From: a virus
Taxonomy: Duplodnaviria; Heunggongvirae; Uroviricota; Caudoviricetes
Strand: one strand, 5' to 3'
DNA length: 5,601 nt
IMG/VR virus record: IMGVR_UViG_3300015185_000041
Span: 1-5,601 of that record
Position numbers and translations under genes: made by a program. Numbering within the stretch: position 1 is the stretch's first letter; every line of letters starts with the position of its first letter. Below, piece by piece: positions 1 through 4,793 of this stretch. The notes beneath the pieces were generated by a model. It saw nothing but the letters and a program-made list of their open reading frames with translations, was not told the origin of the DNA and did no database searches.

Positions 1-202
1 CCTCATTTCCCCTTAACGCCGGGGTAGCGGAACAAAAACCTGCTGCATAGTTATTAAAGTTGAACCCTGCCGTCATGTTCTTACGCCTCGGGCTGGCTAC
101 TTAACCCCTGACCACTGCCGGGTAACTCGAAGTATTGCCTGGCGTTCTGTGGGGCGGGGTGGGTTGATGAATGAACAATACCACTACTATTTAATTATGT
201 AA

Positions 203-215
203 ATAGCAGTGCTAT
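203..215. promoter_or_regulatory. OL-like operator: perfect 13-bp palindrome ATAGCA-G-TGCTAT
   Basis: Same palindrome family as the two sites in the repressor/cro intergenic region (1301-1313 and 1326-1338). It lies just past the terminator of the repressor operon, the position of OL in lambda. Confidence 0.5.
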
Positions 216-227
216 TATCGTGGCAAG

Positions 228-250
228 AAAAAAACCACCCGAAGGTGGTT
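228..250 (-). terminator. Intrinsic terminator closing the leftward regulator-antitoxin-toxin operon
   Basis: On the minus strand the RNA reads AACCACC-UUCG-GGUGGUU followed by a U run (plus-strand A run 228-234). GC-rich stem with a UUCG tetraloop, 15 bp past the toxin stop codon (265-267). Confidence 0.8.
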
Positions 251-264
251 GTTGACAGGAAGGA

Positions 265-555
265 TTAACAGGTTTTGTTTGGATACTGTCTTCGTGAGTG
301 AACTACATTTACGATCTCGATGTTAGATGCTGTTACTCGGTAAAGTATTATGTAGTTAGGATGAGTCACTATCTCACGAAGACTTGGAACTCTTTCGCTC
401 GGTGGGTACAGATAAGGGTGTTCAGTAAGTGACAAAACTGATGTTTCAATGCGTATTTTTAGTCTACGTGCAGCGGGAGGGTTTTCCTTAGCAATATAGG
501 CTACGATCTGACGTAAATCATCACGTGCAGAAGGTAGCCATAAAATGGGCAGCAT
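265..555 (-). CDS. parE: ParE/RelE-superfamily type II toxin (96 aa)
   Basis: Size and motifs (LPILWLPSARDDL..., ...HPNYIILYRV..., ...IEIVNVVHSRRQYP) fit ParE-family toxins. Its ATG shares one base with the TAA stop of the upstream antitoxin ORF (TAATG), the typical antitoxin-then-toxin coupling. Confidence 0.75.
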   Translation of the reverse strand: MLPILWLPSARDDLRQIVAYIAKENPPAARRLKIRIETSVLSLTEHPYLYPPSERVPSLREIVTHPNYIILYRVTASNIEIVNVVHSRRQYPNKTC

Positions 556-746
556 TACTCACTCCTGTTCGTTGCAGCTAATTGAGCAATAAGGTTTTCC
601 ATTTCAGCCATTACTTCGTCATGTGGAATTGCAGGACGGGGATCTGAGAGGCTTGCTGCCACTTTGGTTCGCAACCATTCGTTATAGCTGTTTTCTTGTT
701 CGACTGTTTCAAATTCAGAAATTATCGGGGAAAGGGCTGTACTCAT
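555..746 (-). CDS. paaA: Small type II antitoxin (63 aa), PaaA/ParD-like
   Basis: 63-aa ORF directly upstream of and coupled to the ParE-like toxin. Strong RBS (GGAGG, about 7-nt spacer). It resembles, from memory, the PaaA antitoxins of PaaR-PaaA-ParE systems; the gene symbol is a recollection, not a search result. Confidence 0.6.
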   Translation of the reverse strand: MSTALSPIISEFETVEQENSYNEWLRTKVAASLSDPRPAIPHDEVMAEMENLIAQLAATNRSE

Positions 747-763
747 GTTTTTACCTCCTCAGA

Positions 764-1264
764 TTAGGCGCGACGACCCTTTTGCGCAGCTAGCCATCGC
801 GCAACGATTTCTTCAATTGATTCTTTTTTCTCCTTCATTTCCTTAAGCATTTTCTCTTTATCTTCTTTGGGGAAAGCCCTGAACGTCTGGAGCAAATCCC
901 GCTCCATGGGGTCTATATTAAACGGAAGTTCGTTTTCCGATTGTTCCATATCTGCAGATATAGTGACAACATTGTCCTCCCCAGATTCTTGGGGATACAT
1001 CCTTACAATTTGTAACAACTCGGCCATATCTGGTCTGATTGACTCGGGAGGAACTTGCAGCAACCCTGCGAACTTGATAACAGCCTCAAGATTTAAAGGT
1101 GTCTGACCATTTAGATAATGGCTTACAGCTCCCTGTGTCGAAAATCCCAGAATTTCTGCCGCACGCTCTTGGGTTAACCCTAGTTGATTTTTTTTCGCCG
1201 TCCAGATTTCTTTCAGTCTCTGGGCGGCTTGCAGGTCGATCTCTGACAGGGATTTTCTTTTCAT
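764..1264 (-). CDS. HTH (XRE/Cro-CI family) regulator, prophage repressor-like and PaaR-like; no S24 peptidase domain (166 aa)
   Basis: Helix-turn-helix motif LGLTQERAAEILGFSTQGAVSHYLNG in the N-terminal half. The C-terminal half is acidic and lysine-rich and lacks an Ala-Gly cleavage site or Ser/Lys peptidase motifs. It faces a cro-like gene across an operator-bearing intergenic region and sits 17 bp upstream of the antitoxin on the same strand. Confidence 0.75.
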   Translation of the reverse strand: MKRKSLSEIDLQAAQRLKEIWTAKKNQLGLTQERAAEILGFSTQGAVSHYLNGQTPLNLEAVIKFAGLLQVPPESIRPDMAELLQIVRMYPQESGEDNVVTISADMEQSENELPFNIDPMERDLLQTFRAFPKEDKEKMLKEMKEKKESIEEIVARWLAAQKGRRA

Positions 1265-1371
1265 ACCTTCAATTCTAATAAGATTATTAATCTCTTTGAA
1301 ATAGTGATGCTATTTACTTTTAAAAATAACAATGCTATTAATGATCGTGATGACATCACATGAGGTGAACA
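1265..1371. promoter_or_regulatory. Divergent immunity control region (OR-like operators with candidate PR and PRM promoters)
   Basis: Operator-like palindromes ATAGTG-A-TGCTAT (1301-1313) and ATAACA-A-TGCTAT (1326-1338). Candidate rightward promoter: -35 TTTACT (1313-1318), 17-bp spacer, -10 TATTAAT (1336-1342). Candidate leftward promoter on the minus strand: -35 TTCAAA (plus 1295-1300), 17-bp spacer, -10 TAGAAT (plus 1272-1277), which would start the transcript at or near the repressor AUG. Two further palindromes: TAATAA-GA-TTATTA (1276-1289) and GTGATG-A-CATCAC (1347-1359). Confidence 0.55.
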
Positions 1372-1647
1372 ATGAATCTTGGAGAATATTTGCATCATTC
1401 CGGTATAACTCAGAAGCATTTTGCTGAAATTGTTGGGGTAACCCAAGGGATGGTAAGCCATGTCATTACCGGACGGGCGAAACTTACGGGGAAAAAAATT
1501 TTACGCTGGTGCGAAGCAACAGGCTGGATAGTAACTCCGCACGAGATTGATGGCAGTACTTATCCCAACCCAACCGACGGCTTACCTGTCGAGTATCAGG
1601 CTAACACACAACCAGAGGCGGGGGTGATTCATGAAAATCAAGCATGA
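1372..1647 (+). CDS. Cro-like HTH regulator, YdaS family (91 aa)
   Basis: Helix-turn-helix motif (ITQKHFAEIVGVTQGMVSHVITG), RBS GAGGTG upstream, divergent from the repressor across the operator region; small size and position match cro. Confidence 0.7.
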   Translation: MNLGEYLHHSGITQKHFAEIVGVTQGMVSHVITGRAKLTGKKILRWCEATGWIVTPHEIDGSTYPNPTDGLPVEYQANTQPEAGVIHENQA

Positions 1648-2056
1648 ACACATCCGCATGGCAATGAATGCCTGGGCGCATCCGGACGGCGAAAAAGTAC
1701 CGGCTGCGAAAATTACCAAAGCGTATTTCGAGCTGGGAATGACGTTCCCGGAACTGTATGACGACAGCCATCCGGAAGCCCTGGCCCGTAATACCCAGAA
1801 AATTTTCCGTTGGCTGGATAAAGACACCCCTGATGCTGTTGAAAAAATGCAGGCTCTGTTACCGGCGATCGAAAAGGCGATGCCGCCTTTGCTGGTGGCC
1901 CGTATGCGCAGCCACAGTTCTGAATATTACCGTGAGATCGTCGAACGGAGGGATCGGCTGGTGAAGGATGTCGATGATTTTGTTGCGTCAGCGGTTGTTT
2001 TGTATGACCAGATGAATCGCGGCGGCCCGGCAGGGAATGCTGTGGTGATGCACTAA
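1631..2056 (+). CDS. ydaT: YdaT-family protein (CII-like regulator position, 141 aa)
   Basis: Overlaps the cro-like gene by 17 nt and occupies the cII slot. Size and N-terminus (MKIKHEHI...) match my recollection of Rac-prophage YdaT; the name is from memory only. Confidence 0.55.
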   Translation: MKIKHEHIRMAMNAWAHPDGEKVPAAKITKAYFELGMTFPELYDDSHPEALARNTQKIFRWLDKDTPDAVEKMQALLPAIEKAMPPLLVARMRSHSSEYYREIVERRDRLVKDVDDFVASAVVLYDQMNRGGPAGNAVVMH

Positions 2057-2063
2057 AAGCACG

Positions 2064-3041
2064 GTGTTCGGGGGTTTTATGAGCAGCAAGCTTCATGGTC
2101 TTGTCTGGGAAGGGTGCGCCTTCACCGGCATGATCTTATCCAGGGTGGCGGTTATGGCCCGTCTTGCAGACTACAGCAATGACGAGGGCGTGTCATGGCC
2201 TGCCATTGAAACTATCCGGCGTCAGATCGGTGCAAGAAGTGAATCCACAGTGAAATCGGCTATTGCAGAACTGGCGAAAGAGGGCTGGCTGACGAAGGAA
2301 GAGCGTAAGGTCGGTGGGCGTAATGTAAGCAATATCTATCGGCTTAATGTGGAAAAACTCGAAGCAGCTGCGGCGGCGGCGCGTGAGTCATATAAACCGA
2401 AAAGAAAAATTAGCCCGGCAAAAAATGACCCGTTAACAGTTGACCCGTCAAATATTGACCCCTCAACGGTTGACCCGTCAAATTTTGATGGATCAACTGT
2501 TGATAAAAAACTGCCGATTAGGGGGCCGATGATTGACCCCGATCCGTCAGTATTAAAACCTGATCCGTCAGATAAAAGATCTTCTTGTCCGGACGCTTCG
2601 CAACCGGACCCGCAGACGGCTGAACAGGATTTTTTAACCCGACACCCTGACGCGGTTGTGTTCAGTGCGAAAAAACGCCAGTGGGGAAGTCAGGAAGATT
2701 TGGTGTGCGCACAGTGGATCTGGGGACGAATCGTGAGTCTTTACGAGCAGGCGGCCAGCTATGATGGCGAGATCACTAGACCGAAAGAACCCAACTGGAC
2801 AGCATGGGCCAATGACGTTCGCACAATGCGGATGCTGGATGGCAGAACTCACAGACAAATTTGTGAAATGTTTGGGCGTCTCCAGCGGGATTCGTTCTGG
2901 GTAAAAAACATCATGAGTCCGGCAAAACTCCGGGAAAAATGGGATGAACTGGTTATCCGCCTGGGGCGTTCGCCTGCGCAGCGTTGCGTGAATCACATTT
3001 CTGAACCGGACACTGAAATTCCGCCGGGCTTCAGGGGGTAA
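2064..3041 (+). CDS. Replication initiator / replisome organizer: N-terminal winged-HTH, iteron-encoded linker, C-terminal DnaT-like domain (325 aa)
   Basis: The ORF opens at GTG 2064; ATG 2079 (MSSKLHG...) preceded by GGGGG is an alternative start. The repetitive linker (DPLTVDPSNIDPSTVDPSNFDGSTVD) is encoded by tandem DNA repeats, as ori-lambda lies inside O. The C-terminal tail ...VNHISEPDTEIPPGFRG closely matches the recalled E. coli DnaT tail ...VNTVSEPDSQIPPGFRG. Confidence 0.75.
   Translation: MFGGFMSSKLHGLVWEGCAFTGMILSRVAVMARLADYSNDEGVSWPAIETIRRQIGARSESTVKSAIAELAKEGWLTKEERKVGGRNVSNIYRLNVEKLEAAAAAARESYKPKRKISPAKNDPLTVDPSNIDPSTVDPSNFDGSTVDKKLPIRGPMIDPDPSVLKPDPSDKRSSCPDASQPDPQTAEQDFLTRHPDAVVFSAKKRQWGSQEDLVCAQWIWGRIVSLYEQAASYDGEITRPKEPNWTAWANDVRTMRMLDGRTHRQICEMFGRLQRDSFWVKNIMSPAKLREKWDELVIRLGRSPAQRCVNHISEPDTEIPPGFRG
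2426..2515. repeat. Putative replication-origin iterons: five to six tandem 15-bp repeats (core TTGAC-CC-GTCAA)
   Basis: Head-to-tail 15-mers: TGACCCGTTAACAGT, TGACCCGTCAAATAT, TGACCCCTCAACGGT, TGACCCGTCAAATTT, TGATGGATCAACTGT, then a degenerate TGATAAAAAACTGCC. Related CCGTCAG copies occur at about 2541-2570. An A-rich tract (about 2395-2425) flanks them on the left. Confidence 0.7.
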
Positions 3042-3081
3042 GTGTTAATTTCTGGTCATGAGGTAATTTTCAGTAGGGCTT

Positions 3082-3504
3082 GTGGCAAAAGTTTTTACAC
3101 AAGAAGAGCGGGAAAAAATTAAAGGGCAGGTTGTTGAACTCGTACGCCAGAGTGGGCGCGAGACGTTACGACAACTGGAAACTAAAACTGGGGCAACAAG
3201 ATATCTGATGAGCGTTCTGGCCAGAGAGCTGGTTGCCAGTGGCGATGTATACAACTCTGGTTACGGGTTATTCCCGTCTGAACAGGCGCGTAAGGACTGG
3301 CAAAATGCCCGTAAAAAGCTCTCAAGGGCAAAGCTGAAGAAACCATCTGCGGTTGATCCGGACCTTATCTGGTCATTACCTGACGGAGAAATACGTCGCT
3401 ACGACAGGCGCCTAAACATAATCTGTCGCGAGTGCCGGAAGAGTGAAGCTATGCAGCGTGTACTGGCGTTTTATCAGGGGAATTTTGAGGAGGTGGTGCG
3501 GTGA
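3082..3504 (+). CDS. ren: Ren-like protein with HTH-like N-terminal region (140 aa)
   Basis: GTG start with a weak RBS. The C-terminal motif ICRECRKSEAMQRVLAFY resembles the recalled lambda Ren C-terminus (..KECRQSAAMKRVLAVYG..). It sits directly after the replication gene, as ren follows O-P in lambda. Recollection only. Confidence 0.5.
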   Translation: MAKVFTQEEREKIKGQVVELVRQSGRETLRQLETKTGATRYLMSVLARELVASGDVYNSGYGLFPSEQARKDWQNARKKLSRAKLKKPSAVDPDLIWSLPDGEIRRYDRRLNIICRECRKSEAMQRVLAFYQGNFEEVVR

Positions 3505-3755
3505 GTGAATCAAAATGCCAGGTTAATGGCAACAAGATAGAACCATGTGCAGCACTGGCAAAGTCCCTTGAGCGTGATGCTGAATACACGATGCGAAAAG
3601 GTCTGCTGATATACAAAATCTGGAATGAGAGTTTAACTCGCGGTCCTGATTTTGTGATGTTGCGTTCCGGTGAATTTTCTAAATTACCAGTTCGGGTTTC
3701 ATTTTGTCCGTTCTGTGGTGAAAGTCTGAAAACGTGGGAGAACAGAAATGAATGA
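3501..3755 (+). CDS. Hypothetical small protein with putative zinc ribbon (84 aa)
   Basis: GTG start overlapping the upstream stop (GTGA) with a strong RBS (GAGGAGGTGG). Cysteines at C6, C16 and in a CPFCG motif near the C-terminus. Confidence 0.6.
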   Translation: MSESKCQVNGNKIEPCAALAKSLERDAEYTMRKGLLIYKIWNESLTRGPDFVMLRSGEFSKLPVRVSFCPFCGESLKTWENRNE

Positions 3756-4059
3756 AATTAAAGAAATACCAGTAGTACGTGATGAATATGGCTACTGGAC
3801 GCATCCTGAATATGAAAAATTCTGTGACGGTCGGGAATATATTTCAACGGAAGAGTTTAACGCCTGGATGGAGGAAAATAATCTTCAATACGTCCTCTGC
3901 TTCAGAGATGAAGGATGTGCTGACCTTGATGCGTGTGATGCTGATATTTCTGCATGGGAACCGGAACGACCAGAGGGCAATGGATGGTTTATTGGTTCAA
4001 TACATGACACCGAAGATGGCCCGGTTTGTGTATGGCTGAGAAATAAGGCCGAAGCATAA
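3748..4059 (+). CDS. Hypothetical acidic protein (103 aa)
   Basis: ATG overlaps the upstream stop (ATGAATGA); RBS GGGAG with 7-nt spacer. About 25 Asp/Glu against 8 Lys/Arg. Confidence 0.65.
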   Translation: MNEIKEIPVVRDEYGYWTHPEYEKFCDGREYISTEEFNAWMEENNLQYVLCFRDEGCADLDACDADISAWEPERPEGNGWFIGSIHDTEDGPVCVWLRNKAEA

Positions 4060-4158
4060 AGGCTATAAACCGACTAACAACTAAATACTGAAGATTTAAA
4101 TCAGAAACGATTTTTATTAAATCCTTAACCGGAGGGATTCCTGCACCCTCAGAACATC

Positions 4159-4190
4159 AGGAGGCCGTCCGAAAGGGCGGTAGTGAAATG
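4159..4190 (+). promoter_or_regulatory. Translation-initiation element: SD AGGAGG, 16-nt hairpin with GAAA tetraloop, then AUG
   Basis: AGGAGG (4159-4164) lies 23 nt from ATG 4188. The stem CCGUCC-GAAA-GGGCGG (4165-4180, one G-U pair) fills the gap, leaving 7 unpaired nt before the AUG. A second hairpin GAGGG-(9 nt)-CCCTC lies at 4132-4150. Confidence 0.45.
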
Positions 4191-4370
4191 CGAAAATTCA
4201 AAATAATTATTGAAACGGGAATAGCCGGTGGAGATTTCGAGGATGAATTCGAAGTGGATGATGATGCAACACCAGATGAAATACAGGATGAAGCTAAAGA
4301 TATTTTCTTTAACTACTGCAATTACTCATACCACGAAATAAAAGACGAAGAGGAAGAACAAAATGGCTGA
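4188..4370 (+). CDS. Hypothetical very acidic small protein (60 aa)
   Basis: About 20 Asp/Glu against 4 Lys/Arg. Hydrophobic N-terminal strand (KFKIIIETGIAGG) then an acidic tail ending EEEEQNG. Confidence 0.6.
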   Translation: MRKFKIIIETGIAGGDFEDEFEVDDDATPDEIQDEAKDIFFNYCNYSYHEIKDEEEEQNG

Positions 4371-4539
4371 TTTTGGTTCAACTAAATATAACGCCAGTTT
4401 TGAAGAATGGCATGAACTGTTAATGGATTATGCAGAGTTACGCGGTGGAAGTGCCGCTGATGCTGAAGCATGGCGTGATGATTATGAAGCAGGAAAAACT
4501 CCGGTCGAAGCATATTGTGATGAGTGGGGCGATGAATGA
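4363..4539 (+). CDS. Hypothetical acidic small protein (58 aa, absent from the supplied ORF track)
   Basis: Hand translation from ATG 4363: MADFGSTKYNASFEEWHELLMDYAELRGGSAADAEAWRDDYEAGKTPVEAYCDEWGDE, stop TGA 4537-4539. Its start overlaps the upstream stop (ATGGCTGA) and its stop overlaps the next ATG (ATGA). Confidence 0.6.
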   Translation: MADFGSTKYNASFEEWHELLMDYAELRGGSAADAEAWRDDYEAGKTPVEAYCDEWGDE

Positions 4540-4793
4540 GCGAGGTTAATTATCAGGAAGGGCATGAAACGGCGGGGCAAGCAAAAACAGTGGCATGGCG
4601 ATATCGCTACGTGAAAAAAAAGGCGTTACGGACTTTCAGGGGAAGTAGTGGTCTGGTGACTGGAAATATGTACCGAAAAAAGAGGATTGTAACGACAGGC
4701 CGAACTATGAAATTCAGGCCTTATTCACTGCCCCGCCAGTCCCGGTTACATCAGAAGAACTGGTTAAAGCTGTGCACTTTTATGAACAACTAA
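4536..4793 (+). CDS. Hypothetical basic small protein (85 aa); reading frame uncertain, possibly disrupted
   Basis: ATG coupled to the upstream stop. The product is very basic and uses rare Arg codons, while a more protein-like frame with no start codon runs alongside at 4649-4852 (see findings). Confidence 0.35.
   Translation: MSEVNYQEGHETAGQAKTVAWRYRYVKKKALRTFRGSSGLVTGNMYRKKRIVTTGRTMKFRPYSLPRQSRLHQKNWLKLCTFMNN

Noticed and set aside
77-90. boxA-like sequence GTTCTTAC on the plus strand as a nut site
   Set aside because: It is on the wrong strand for a leftward transcript and has no adjacent boxB-like hairpin; probably chance.
141-160. G-rich tract GGGGCGGGGTGGG as a possible G-quadruplex
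   Set aside because: Only three closely spaced G runs; a fourth is over 20 nt away, so it does not meet the canonical four-run pattern.
867-1106. Plus-strand 79-aa ORF inside the repressor gene
   Set aside because: Antisense to a well-supported HTH regulator gene, no RBS, Ser-rich product; shadow ORF.
1261-2096. Minus-strand ORFs 1261..1461, 1582..1827 and 1713..2096, and plus-strand ORF 1758..1964
   Set aside because: All are embedded in or antisense to the cro-like and YdaT-like genes, lack RBSs and give low-complexity Arg/Ser/Pro-rich products; they look like shadow ORFs of GC-rich coding sequence.
2426-2570. Tandem repeats considered as a CRISPR array or mobile-element terminal repeats
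   Set aside because: Units are 15 bp, contiguous with no spacers, and lie in frame within a replication-initiator gene; this matches origin iterons, not CRISPR or IS ends.
2634-3254. Minus-strand ORFs 2634..2996 and 3045..3254
   Set aside because: Antisense to the replication initiator and Ren-like genes, which have coherent domain structure; no RBS or recognisable motifs.
3779-4039. Alternative-frame 86-aa ORF inside the 103-aa acidic protein gene
   Set aside because: Lies entirely within 3748..4059 in another frame; the 3748 frame has the RBS and the coupled start.
4595-4648. 17-codon ORF from ATG 4595 (MAISLREKKGVTDFQGK) as an independent gene
   Set aside because: No RBS and too short to call; it matters only as the upstream part of the interrupted frame described in the findings.
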